This document shows, in pieces, positions 1-10,270 of a DNA stretch of 64,000 nt. The DNA is taken from NCBI GenBank assembly GCA_017454915.1, contig JAFTCC010000064.1:91322-155321 (forward strand), in the 5' to 3' direction. The position numbers and the translations under genes are program-made. Numbering within the stretch: the stretch's first letter is position 1; every line of letters starts with the position of its first letter. The notes under the pieces were generated by a model, which was not told the origin of the DNA, searched no databases, and saw only the letters and a list, made by a program, of their open reading frames with translations. The DNA is from Paludibacteraceae bacterium (GTDB lineage Bacteria; Bacteroidota; Bacteroidia; Bacteroidales; Paludibacteraceae).

Positions 1-213
1 AAGCGCATAAAGCCATGCGCCTACGCTTATGCCACTGCAATTTGCCATCCAACCGAAAAACGCACACGGCATAAGATAGATAAACAGCCATGACAAAAAT
101 TTCCAAGGCGTGCCAAGCCTCACCTGATAAAGGTAGGCAAAAGGCACATAGAACACAGCATTGTTAATGTGCTCACTGGCAAATTTTCTCCTAATATCTT
201 GTTGTTCTGGCAT
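1..213 (-). CDS. hypothetical membrane protein, N-terminal part only (gene runs off left edge)
   Basis: Open minus-strand frame from ATG (211-213 on plus = cat): MPEQQDIRRKFASEHINNAVFYVPFAYLYQ...WLFIYLMPCAFFGWM, with a hydrophobic segment. It overlaps the stop of the upstream gene by 23 nt. It is absent from the ORF track because it has no stop in the window. Confidence 0.3.
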   Translation of the reverse strand, partial: MPEQQDIRRKFASEHINNAVFYVPFAYLYQVRLGTPWKFLSWLFIYLMPCAFFGWMANCSGISVGAWLYAL

Positions 214-841
214 ACACAAACTTTATTTTGTTAATATCTACCCCAGCCCTCTGCAAGGCCTTGCTCCACCTTCCTTCATTGCCGTAAACGGCCACAACCG
301 CATGGTCAGAACCTGCAATCAGAGCCAAGTCCGACAAGTTGTCGGTGAAAATGCTGTAAGCGCCCACTACCCCGTCCAGCAACTCTTGCTTGCGACCGGC
401 AGCGTCATACTCGATAGAACCTAAACATATCCCGTTATTGTCAAATGCCAAACGCGAACTTAAATGCCTGCCGAAACCAAAAGAAGCGGACACGGCTGAA
501 GCAATCACGTCAAGCGTGGAAGACAACAAAATGACCTCATCGTGCGGCGGCAGCAATTGCCATACCTCATCCACCTTGCGCCCTGCCAAGTATTCAGTGC
601 AAAACCGGTTTGCCAGTTCATCAATCTCGTCCCGCGTCATGCCTTTGAGATTGTGAAGAAGCATGCGTCGAAGATAATCCACACCTGTCAAACGGTATGC
701 CGCCACATTGAGTTTTCTCGCAAAAGCTGAAGGCACACCAACAGCCGAGCCACCATGACTGTGCGCCACCCAACGGCAAAAATCATAAGTGGTGTTACTG
801 CTGAAAAGGGTCCAACAAATATCCACAAAGGTCACATGCAT
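191..841 (-). CDS. HAD-superfamily (IB-like) hydrolase
   Basis: 216 aa. N-terminal motif-I-like FVDICWTLF (DxCxT variant of DxDxT). C-terminal FTDNLSDLALIAGSD resembles HAD motif IV. Confidence 0.5.
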   Translation of the reverse strand: MHVTFVDICWTLFSSNTTYDFCRWVAHSHGGSAVGVPSAFARKLNVAAYRLTGVDYLRRMLLHNLKGMTRDEIDELANRFCTEYLAGRKVDEVWQLLPPHDEVILLSSTLDVIASAVSASFGFGRHLSSRLAFDNNGICLGSIEYDAAGRKQELLDGVVGAYSIFTDNLSDLALIAGSDHAVVAVYGNEGRWSKALQRAGVDINKIKFVYARTTRY

Positions 842-845
842 ACCG

Positions 846-853
846 CAAAGTTA
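846..853 (-). promoter_or_regulatory. Bacteroidetes -7 promoter box (TAACTTTG on minus strand)
   Basis: The plus strand reads CAAAGTTA, so the minus strand reads TAACTTTGcggtATG. The box ends 4 nt before the start codon at 841, implying a leaderless or near-leaderless mRNA. Confidence 0.45.
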
Positions 854-903
854 CAATATTTTTTTCAACAAAAGCATGATTTGCGTATATCACGAAAAAA
901 AAC

Positions 904-911
904 TATCTTTG
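904..911 (+). promoter_or_regulatory. Bacteroidetes -7 promoter box (TATCTTTG)
   Basis: TATCTTTGC matches TAnnTTTG. It is followed about 35 nt later by a hairpin plus T-run at 944-972. Confidence 0.4.
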
Positions 912-1150
912 CATATTGTACTTTAACCCTAACCGGTTATGAGAACTCTACATTTAGAGTTTTATTGTTTTTGAGCAGATTTTTGTCTTTGGGCAAGGAA
1001 ATTATTCAGGCATAATGACCGAGCGAAAAGCATAAAGACGCCCCTAAAAACATAAGCCAATAGACTTCATTTTTACCGATTTACACCCGTGGGCGGTCTA
1101 TGACCGATTCGGGTTTAACAGCCCGTTGAGGGCGTAAACACTCTTCCGTT

Positions 1151-2413
1151 TTGGCAACAGCAATTGAATTCAACCACGTCAGCAAGCAATATCGTCTCGG
1201 TCTTGTCAGTACCGGCACGCTTCGCAACGACCTTCACCGCTGGTTTGTGACCAGCGTGCTTGGCAAAGAAGACCCGTACTTAAAAATCGGCGAAACTAAT
1301 GACCGTAGCACTAAGGGCACGTCGGAATACGTGTGGGCACTCAAAGACATCCATTGCAACGTTGAGCAAGGCGACGTTGTGGGCATCATAGGCAAAAACG
1401 GGGCAGGAAAATCAACACTGCTCAAACTGCTGAGCCGCGTCACGGCCCCCACGCTTGGCACCATCCGCGCCAAAGGGCGCATCGCATCGCTGCTGGAAGT
1501 CGGCACTGGCTTCCATAGCGAGATGACAGGAAGAGAAAACATTTACCTCAACGGAGCCATTTTGGGCATGACGAAAGCGGAGATAGACCGCAAACTTGAT
1601 GAAATCATCGACTTCTCGGGCTGTGAGAGATACATCGATACTCCGGTAAAACGATACAGCAGCGGTATGACAGTACGCCTCGGATTTGCCGTGGCGGCAC
1701 ATCTCGACCCCGAAATACTCGTAGTGGACGAAGTGCTTGCGGTCGGTGATGCTGAATTCCAGAAAAAAGCCATTGGCAAGATGCAGGACGTGTCGAAAGG
1801 AGAGGGCAGAACAGTGCTTTTTGTCAGCCATAACATGGCTTCAATCAGGGCATTGTGCCACTCCGGCATATTGCTCGAAAACGGACAGATACGAACCACA
1901 GGACCCATCAATGATGTTGTGGACACATACCTTGCCGAACAATTCCAAGATGCAGACAAACTCACCGACATCATTAGTTTCTGCGCCAATGGGCTCAAAG
2001 TCAACAACTTCCTGCTCAACAACCAGTCTGCCAACGCACTGCAGATAGAGCCGCTGAAGGGCGAAACCACAATAGACGTACACGTTGAAGGCGAGCTGGA
2101 GGAGGATATGCGAATAGACGTCGAAGCACGCCTCTATGACAAGAACCACGTTCTGCTGGCACACTACAGCCCATCGCACATGATAGGCTCTTGCCCTGTG
2201 CGCAAAGCAGGCAAATTAACCATCGACCGCACCATACACTTGCCTGAAAACATCACATGCGGAACATATTACCTCGACTTGTCGCTTGCCGAGCCGCGCG
2301 TCGCATACAAAGTGCAGCTCTCGCAACCCATCAAAATCGTAACAGGAGGCAAGTTGGGCGACAGCGGTCTCAGTTTCGACTATGCCGGCAACGGAATGCT
2401 GATTCTTAACTGA
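1151..2413 (+). CDS. polysaccharide/O-antigen export ABC transporter ATP-binding protein (Wzt/TagH-like) with C-terminal extension
   Basis: Walker A GKNGAGKSTLLKLL, ABC signature YSSGMTVRLGFA, Walker B ILVVDEVLAVGD. A roughly 170-aa C-terminal domain is typical of Wzt glycan-recognition domains. TTG start. Confidence 0.85.
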   Translation: MATAIEFNHVSKQYRLGLVSTGTLRNDLHRWFVTSVLGKEDPYLKIGETNDRSTKGTSEYVWALKDIHCNVEQGDVVGIIGKNGAGKSTLLKLLSRVTAPTLGTIRAKGRIASLLEVGTGFHSEMTGRENIYLNGAILGMTKAEIDRKLDEIIDFSGCERYIDTPVKRYSSGMTVRLGFAVAAHLDPEILVVDEVLAVGDAEFQKKAIGKMQDVSKGEGRTVLFVSHNMASIRALCHSGILLENGQIRTTGPINDVVDTYLAEQFQDADKLTDIISFCANGLKVNNFLLNNQSANALQIEPLKGETTIDVHVEGELEEDMRIDVEARLYDKNHVLLAHYSPSHMIGSCPVRKAGKLTIDRTIHLPENITCGTYYLDLSLAEPRVAYKVQLSQPIKIVTGGKLGDSGLSFDYAGNGMLILN

Positions 2414-2416
2414 CGC

Positions 2417-3448
2417 ATGAACCCCGAAGCGTATAAATTATCGCCCAAAGGGTATGACGCAAAAATAGCATGGCTCAAGGGTTTGAGCATAATTTTCGTC
2501 ATACTCACGCACAACATCTCACACCACTTTCATGACATTAGCGGCTTCGTGTACTGGGGCGACATGGCAGTGCCCTTGTTCCTGTGCATACAGGCGTACC
2601 ATGTCTTCAAGCGCGAAAACAACGCGCCACATACGCTTCTGCAATCAAAGACACACAAAAGGATTATCATCCCATTTTTGTGTGTGAGCATAGCACTTTT
2701 GCTTGTAGATATCTGCCATTGCGCATGGATAGATTACTCAAGATCCGGACTTACCCTCCCCTATTACAATATATTGAAAAACAGCACAATACAATCAATT
2801 AAACAGACATTCACAACAGCAGGTTTAGGAACCGGAAGCTACTATTTCTGGATATGGCTCCAGTTCGCGCTACTGATGCCATTGTGCCACACCGCATTTA
2901 AGCATTTCGGAAGCAAGAAGCTTAAAGAATGGCAAATCGCAATAATTATGATTGTGCTTTGCGAGGCACTGGAAATATTTTGCAGCCTGTGCGTCAAAAA
3001 TCCTGCGCTGTACCGTGTGCTGTGCTTCAGATACGTGTTTCTTATTTATGGCGGCTACTTGTGGGCACGACACGGAGTACGCCTAACTCCGCTTAACATT
3101 GTGCTATCTGCCGTAAGCATAATCGCCATTTTCGTTTTCTACTACAAGGGCCGACACTTCAATATCCTATTCTATCCGCTTTGGAAACAATTCCACTGGA
3201 TATGCTACTTTTACGTCTTTCATCTGTTGGCACACATCCTCATATATCTCCACGAGCGCATTCCTTGGAAAGGCTTAACAGCGGCAATAGAGCGCATCGG
3301 CGACAAGTCATACGAAATATACTTGTGGCAGTCCGTTGTCTTCTACCTCACCTCCACCTTTATCCAACAATACCACGGCTCTGCGCTTTTTGTCATTGCC
3401 ACAACACTACTTTGCCTCATTCCCGCAATAAGCACTAAACGCTCGTAA
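2417..3448 (+). CDS. membrane O-acyltransferase (acyltransferase family 3)
   Basis: 343 aa and polytopic. The N-terminal WLKGLSIIFVILTHN motif is typical of acyltransferase_3. Confidence 0.7.
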   Translation: MNPEAYKLSPKGYDAKIAWLKGLSIIFVILTHNISHHFHDISGFVYWGDMAVPLFLCIQAYHVFKRENNAPHTLLQSKTHKRIIIPFLCVSIALLLVDICHCAWIDYSRSGLTLPYYNILKNSTIQSIKQTFTTAGLGTGSYYFWIWLQFALLMPLCHTAFKHFGSKKLKEWQIAIIMIVLCEALEIFCSLCVKNPALYRVLCFRYVFLIYGGYLWARHGVRLTPLNIVLSAVSIIAIFVFYYKGRHFNILFYPLWKQFHWICYFYVFHLLAHILIYLHERIPWKGLTAAIERIGDKSYEIYLWQSVVFYLTSTFIQQYHGSALFVIATTLLCLIPAISTKRS

Positions 3449-3479
3449 TGACCATGCCGCCACACTTACGCCAAAGTAC

Positions 3480-3591
3480 TCCTACTTTTTAACAAAAACA
3501 ACCACTTTTTGCCCCGAATCTTTGACGCAACAATCTCAATTTGGTCCTACTTATTAACAAAAAAAACCTCTTTTTGCCCCGAATCTTTGAC
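3480..3591. repeat. direct repeat, two 47-bp copies with 65-bp period
   Basis: 3480-3526 and 3545-3591 differ at 3 of 47 positions. The shared perfect core is CTTTTTGCCCCGAATCTTTGAC (3505-3526 and 3570-3591). Confidence 0.9.
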
Positions 3592-3620
3592 AAAAAGTTG
3601 CAGATTTCAATAAAAAACAA

Positions 3621-3628
3621 TAACTTTG
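3621..3628 (+). promoter_or_regulatory. Bacteroidetes -7 promoter box (TAACTTTG)
   Basis: TAACTTTGcgtATG. The box ends 3 nt before the ATG at 3632, giving a leaderless configuration. Confidence 0.45.
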
Positions 3629-3631
3629 CGT

Positions 3632-4990
3632 ATGCTTTACAGAACGATACTCAAAGATTTGGATTTATGGGCTGCAAAACCCAACAGAAAACCGCTTGTG
3701 CTTAGAGGCGCGCGACAAGTGGGGAAAACGTATGCGGTAAAGGAATTTGCAAAAAAATTCGATACATTTTTATACATCAATTTCGAAAAGCCTACAAACC
3801 GTGCAGTATTTGACAATTTCATTTCCCTTGATGATACCCTACTCAAACTTTTTGCTCTGCACAGCATAGAAGAAAAGCAAGGCAGAACTCTTATTTTCTT
3901 TGACGAAATACAATATTGTGGCGAAGCAATAAGACAATTAAGGTATTTCTATGAAGAGAGACCCGAATTATATGTCATTGCGGCTGGTTCGCTATTGGAA
4001 ACATTATTGAACGTAAAAATCAGTTTCCCGGTAGGCCGGGTTGAATATTTGGCAATGCGTCCGATGAATTTTGCCGAATACTTGGATGCTATAGGCAAAG
4101 AAATGATTCGCCGTTTAATAGAGGAAAATCCAGAGAACAGCCAAAACCTGCATAACTCGTTGATGGCGGACTTCCAAACCTACGCTGTCATCGGAGGTAT
4201 GCCAGAAGTAGTAGCGCAATTCGCAAACACTCATAATATAGAAAGTTTGAGAACCGCTTTTGAGTCACTTATAACGAGTTACAAGGACGATGTTGAAAAA
4301 TACGCCACAAACAAAACTCAAGTTTCAATACTCAGGTTTCTCATTGATAACTGTTGGCTCGCCGCGGCCGAACGTATCAGCCTCGGAAATTTCGCAGGAT
4401 CAGAATATAAAACGCGTGAAATGAAAGAGGCATTCACGACATTGCAAAAGGCTATGCTTGTGGAGTTAGTCTATCCAAATGACAACACCGAACTGCCACT
4501 GCTGCCACAAATGACACACAGGCCCAAATTATTGACAATTGACATAGGCCTTACAAACTTTGTCGCAAACGTGCAAACCGACATCTTTTCCAACAAAGAC
4601 CTTCTACAGGCTTGGAGAGGAAAAATAGCAGAACAAATTGTAGGGCAAGAACTTTTAGCTTTGAACAACCATATCGATGTAAAAAGATACTTTTGGAGTA
4701 GAACAAAATCCGAAGCGGAAGTGGATTTCGAACACATATTCCATGGCATTGTTGTTCCTATCGAGGTCAAAGCCGGACACAACAGCCATCTTCGTTCACT
4801 ACATGAATTTATGGACAACAGCAAGTGCCAAATCGCCATAAGGGTATGGTCTGAACCATTTCAAAAAGACATTGTTACCACACGCAATGGCAAGGAATTC
4901 CTTCTGTTGAGCATACCGTTTTACCTTGTAAGTTTCATCAATCAAATTCTCGCTAACTACATTTCTAACCAACTCGCAACCACAAAGTAA
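3632..4990 (+). CDS. AAA+ ATPase with DUF4143-type C-terminal domain
   Basis: Walker A GARQVGKT and Walker B LIFFDEIQ; the size and architecture are typical of the AAA_14/DUF4143 family. I prefer ATG 3632 to the TTG 3626 used by the ORF track. Confidence 0.8.
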   Translation: MLYRTILKDLDLWAAKPNRKPLVLRGARQVGKTYAVKEFAKKFDTFLYINFEKPTNRAVFDNFISLDDTLLKLFALHSIEEKQGRTLIFFDEIQYCGEAIRQLRYFYEERPELYVIAAGSLLETLLNVKISFPVGRVEYLAMRPMNFAEYLDAIGKEMIRRLIEENPENSQNLHNSLMADFQTYAVIGGMPEVVAQFANTHNIESLRTAFESLITSYKDDVEKYATNKTQVSILRFLIDNCWLAAAERISLGNFAGSEYKTREMKEAFTTLQKAMLVELVYPNDNTELPLLPQMTHRPKLLTIDIGLTNFVANVQTDIFSNKDLLQAWRGKIAEQIVGQELLALNNHIDVKRYFWSRTKSEAEVDFEHIFHGIVVPIEVKAGHNSHLRSLHEFMDNSKCQIAIRVWSEPFQKDIVTTRNGKEFLLLSIPFYLVSFINQILANYISNQLATTK

Positions 4991-5007
4991 TGATGGTATC
5001 ACACATG

Positions 5008-5895
5008 TCAAGTCTTACATAATTTACATTTAACCAAAACAATATAGAAAAACAGCAAGGAGAACGATATTAAATAATACATAGCAGTGTTGTGAACAAA
5101 GTCTTTTAACACAACGATAGGCACCATGTGCCATAAATATACATTTAAGCTATGTCTGCCTATGTAACATAGAACATTATTGTGGGGCAATAAATCTCTC
5201 TTAATAGAGGGATATAGAAAAAAAACAATTATTGATAATAACAATAAAAAAGAAATCAGTTCGCTACGAAAAAAAGAATATTTTTTAACTAACAACAACA
5301 CTGGGAAATATAATAATAACACCAGTCTATATGCATGTTTTAATAATCGATCTATATCTAAATGATTTTTTAAATATAATCCCAAAGCGAAATACGGCAG
5401 TTGTTTACAATCGCACCATCTCGGCAATGAGTTTGGCGGGCAAACTTTTAACAAAACTATCCACAATAATGATAAAAACACCAAAATCAAGTATGGCTGT
5501 TTTTTTGTCCTAAAAAAAACATATACTGTTAAAACATACGAAAACAATGTCGGGACATACCACAAATGATACCATGGATAATATAACACTTCAAATGCCT
5601 TACTCCATGTAGGATCAAACATAATAAGATACATGAAAAATACTACAAAAGCTATCAACCACATTTTTATCATTCTATTCCAATACTTAAAAAACAGGTC
5701 ACGCATAGTCATATGTGACAATTTTTCTACATCAATCAAGTAGCCACTCACAAACATAAAGAGAGGCATGTGAAATGAATAGATGACATAGCGAAAAACA
5801 TTTTGCTCTAGTGAGCCTAAAAGTACATGTCCAATTATTACACATAGTATAAGAAAACCCTTCACAGTATCAATTGAATAATTCCTACAACTCAT
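5008..5895 (-). CDS. membrane O-acyltransferase (acyltransferase family 3)
   Basis: 295 aa and polytopic. N-terminal VKGFLILCVIIGHV motif. Strongly AT-rich. Confidence 0.7.
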   Translation of the reverse strand: MSCRNYSIDTVKGFLILCVIIGHVLLGSLEQNVFRYVIYSFHMPLFMFVSGYLIDVEKLSHMTMRDLFFKYWNRMIKMWLIAFVVFFMYLIMFDPTWSKAFEVLYYPWYHLWYVPTLFSYVLTVYVFFRTKKQPYLILVFLSLLWIVLLKVCPPNSLPRWCDCKQLPYFALGLYLKNHLDIDRLLKHAYRLVLLLYFPVLLLVKKYSFFRSELISFLLLLSIIVFFLYPSIKRDLLPHNNVLCYIGRHSLNVYLWHMVPIVVLKDFVHNTAMYYLISFSLLFFYIVLVKCKLCKT

Positions 5896-5943
5896 AACAG
5901 ATTAAATAAATTTTTGTTCGCTTGGAGAAAAAAAGTCACACTA

Positions 5944-7467
<1,524 letters not shown>

Positions 7468-7471
<4 letters not shown>

Positions 7472-8232
7472 TTTTTGTTTTTTTTAATTTGTTCTTTCAT
7501 CGCTTTGTAGTAATTAGTATGACATTCCAAGTAAGCCACAACATCATTAATTTCTGAAGGATCGCGCCCCAAATCAATAATGCCAGCATATATTTCTCTT
7601 AGCATATTAAAATCATCAATCGTATCGAGAGTCATCCTAATATTCTGTTTATTCTCTATTTCACATGGGATTTTCAATAATTTGCAATCAAAAATATCTC
7701 TGTGAGAATAAATGAAATTAGTAACATGCTCGTGATAAATAGCTTCTGTGGTCATTATATTGATTTTTTTCAACGCTTCTACTTTCACCGCTTCACACCA
7801 AAAACCATAATGAGTCTTAATAGTTGGGATTCCACTACTTGTCGCATAGCAAATGTAATCCGCAACAGAGCTATCAAACTCGTTGCACAATTGAGCCACA
7901 GACGATATACTTAAAAAAGGGTTGTCTGCACATATTCTGATTATTTTATTATAGCCATAAAAATCTGAAGCGTCTATAAAACGCTTCAAAACATCAGTTT
8001 CATCACCTCTAAAAACCATGCAGCCATGCCGCAAAGTTATTCCTTCCACAAGATCATCACTTTGATTGGTCGTCGTTGCTACAACAATTTTATTGGAATT
8101 AAAAACAGACGACAACTTAAGCAATAATATATCAAGCACACAATTGTCTTGATAAAACGGTAAAACTATTTTTTTAGGCAATCGTGAAGAACCTGTTCGT
8201 GCTTGAATAATTATACCTGTTTTTTCATGCAT
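7468..8232 (-). CDS. cytidylyltransferase-family protein (CMP-nonulosonate synthetase / SpsF-like)
   Basis: IIQARTGSSRLPKKI is the N-terminal motif of the acylneuraminate cytidylyltransferase/SpsF family. 254 aa. Confidence 0.7.
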
Positions 8233-8239
8233 AGTAAGC

Positions 8240-9331
8240 TTATGATTGATTTAGTAAGTTTATGATTGATTTACCATTATTAAATTTTGCCATATCAACT
8301 CGTTTCCCACTCGTTACTTCATCCCATTCTGACAGTTCTTTGTAACCTAACACATTACAAAAGTCAACTATGTTACTCTTAATAAAGTTCAATTCATTAA
8401 ACAAAGAAAACAAAAAAAGTGGCACGACACCCTTATATGCCAATTTAATTAAAGTCGATGAATACAACGCAGCTGCGCAACCCACATCATACTTGTCAAT
8501 AATCTCTTCTACTATTTCTTTCGTTGAGATAAATTGCACGTTATTATAATGAGAGCAGTATTCTTTTAGCTGCGCACTCGTTTCGGTATCTTCCTCACGA
8601 GGATGACATTTAACATATAGTAACTTGAACTTTTCTGCCAAATTACTAATACATTGCACGTCTATTTCAAAACTATTTGGCCCGACTGGTTGAGTTAAAA
8701 AAATACAACATTCCATATCTCTGCCACTCATTTTTATTTCCCTCTTCCTTAAATATTCTACCTTTATATTACGAATTATAGAAATGGACGTAAAAAAACA
8801 TGATCCAGTATAATACTTATCAGACAACATGGCATACATTTCATTCCCTGCGAAATAAGGATTAAAACCTCGTAAGCCATAAAGAGCCATATAAAGGTAC
8901 TTTAGAACATACCAGCGTTTAGGAATTGACGTAGATGGTGAGTTGTAGTAGATGTACGAAGCTATACCGTCCTCAATCAGATAGACGCGACATCCTCTGC
9001 TATAAAACATATCTATGCAGAACATGTTCATCAGCTCGCACTCGGTAAAAACGAACAAGGTGTCGTTTCTGGTCGGACGGAGCGCATCCAACTGCCTCCG
9101 TTTGCGTAAATTGTCGCGGTGAATATCAATCAGTTTGCTTAATCTTGACGGTGCCTGCCTCTCAAGAACCTGGCACCGTTCAAAAGTGTATTGCATAGCA
9201 AATGGCAAATCGTGCGGCACTTCCATACGGTACGGGACACTGATTAGCGCACATTTGTCATAACCAATTTCGGATGCCAACAATTTGACATCATATAAAT
9301 GAAAATCATTATTTACAAGAAAATATATCAC
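8240..9331 (-). CDS. sialyltransferase-like glycosyltransferase, paralog A
   Basis: 363 aa with a GTG start. Ordered motifs are LIEDG (D/E-D/E-G), CHP (HP) and YSST (S-S/T), as in bacterial GT-B sialyltransferases. It is a paralog of 12105-13190. Confidence 0.5.
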   Translation of the reverse strand: MIYFLVNNDFHLYDVKLLASEIGYDKCALISVPYRMEVPHDLPFAMQYTFERCQVLERQAPSRLSKLIDIHRDNLRKRRQLDALRPTRNDTLFVFTECELMNMFCIDMFYSRGCRVYLIEDGIASYIYYNSPSTSIPKRWYVLKYLYMALYGLRGFNPYFAGNEMYAMLSDKYYTGSCFFTSISIIRNIKVEYLRKREIKMSGRDMECCIFLTQPVGPNSFEIDVQCISNLAEKFKLLYVKCHPREEDTETSAQLKEYCSHYNNVQFISTKEIVEEIIDKYDVGCAAALYSSTLIKLAYKGVVPLFLFSLFNELNFIKSNIVDFCNVLGYKELSEWDEVTSGKRVDMAKFNNGKSIINLLNQS

Positions 9332-9363
9332 TTGATTAACACAATTTTTACTTCACCTATAAC

Positions 9364-9389
9364 AAACGACCCTTTTTCGCAGGTCAATG
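9364..9389. repeat. inverted repeat, left copy (candidate recombination site)
   Basis: AAACGACCCTTTTTCGCAGGTCAATG. It has an internal dyad GACC-N10-GGTC centred on TT at positions 13/14. Confidence 0.9.
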
Positions 9390-9555
9390 ATGCTATATTT
9401 ATTACCATATAACAAACTTTTAACTATTATGACTTCATTTCATTGTGCGGAATTTTGGGCGTTTTCATTGGCTAAGACATAACATATATAAACGCCAAAA
9501 TATTTCCACCCTATTATCGCTTACTTTCATATCAACAATAAACTTAAATGAAATT

Positions 9556-10161
9556 ATGTTTTACGGATACATTCGAGTATCTACTGACTCACAAACAGTA
9601 GAAAACCAAAGATTTGAAATCATGCATTTTTGCGCAGCACACAACATTATAATAAACGGCTGGATAGAAGAAACAGCCAGTGGCGTAATGAGTTACAATA
9701 AACGACAACTTGGTTCTCTATTGCAAAAAATTCAAAAAGAAGACACTATAATTTGTTCAGAATTGTCTCGGCTCGGGCGCAATCTTTTTATGATTATGGA
9801 AATTCTGAACATCTGCATGACCAAAGAGTGCCGTGTGTGGACAATCAAGGACAACTACAGGCTTGGAGATGACATACAGAGTAAGGTGCTGGCCTTCGCT
9901 TTTGGTTTGTCAGCCGAGATAGAAAGAAATTTAATTAGCCAGCGCACTAAAGAAGCGTTAGCAAGAAAGCGCGCTGAAGGTGTACAACTTGGAAGGCCGA
10001 AAGATAGAAAAACATCTCAAAGCGCACATAAACTCTATCCTCAAGAGGGCTTAATAAAACGTTTGAGGGCAGAAGGTGTATCATTTGCGCAGATAGGCAG
10101 GTTTCTGAAAGTAAACAAAGAAACCGTCAGAAAATACTATCACAGCTTTATTGAAACTTAA
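9556..10161 (+). CDS. serine recombinase, resolvase/invertase type (Hin/Gin/Mpi-like)
   Basis: 201 aa. YIRVSTDSQ (catalytic Ser), SRLGR, AEIERNLISQRTKEAL, and a C-terminal HTH (VSFAQIGRFLKVNKETVRKY). The ATG at 9556 is preferred over the upstream alternative start at 9445. Confidence 0.85.
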   Translation: MFYGYIRVSTDSQTVENQRFEIMHFCAAHNIIINGWIEETASGVMSYNKRQLGSLLQKIQKEDTIICSELSRLGRNLFMIMEILNICMTKECRVWTIKDNYRLGDDIQSKVLAFAFGLSAEIERNLISQRTKEALARKRAEGVQLGRPKDRKTSQSAHKLYPQEGLIKRLRAEGVSFAQIGRFLKVNKETVRKYYHSFIET

Positions 10162-10262
10162 TAGTGGACTGCTACATACGGCTTTTATTCATTTTTACTC
10201 AATTTGAGGCATCTAAATAATTGTTTTTCCTTTCTAAAATTGCAGGTTTAACAAATTATTCA

Positions 10263-10270
10263 TAACTTTG
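10263..10270 (+). promoter_or_regulatory. Bacteroidetes -7 promoter box (TAACTTTG) at inner edge of right repeat
   Basis: TAACTTTG immediately abuts IR-R (10271). It reads outward across the repeat into neuA (ATG 10329). Confidence 0.55.

Noticed and set aside
9445-9555. N-terminal extension of the recombinase ORF as given in the ORF track (alternative start at 9445)
   Set aside because: Serine recombinases begin a few residues before the Y-x-R-V-S-T motif. The ATG at 9556 (MFYGYIRVSTDSQ) gives the canonical 201-aa protein, and the extension has no homology-like character.
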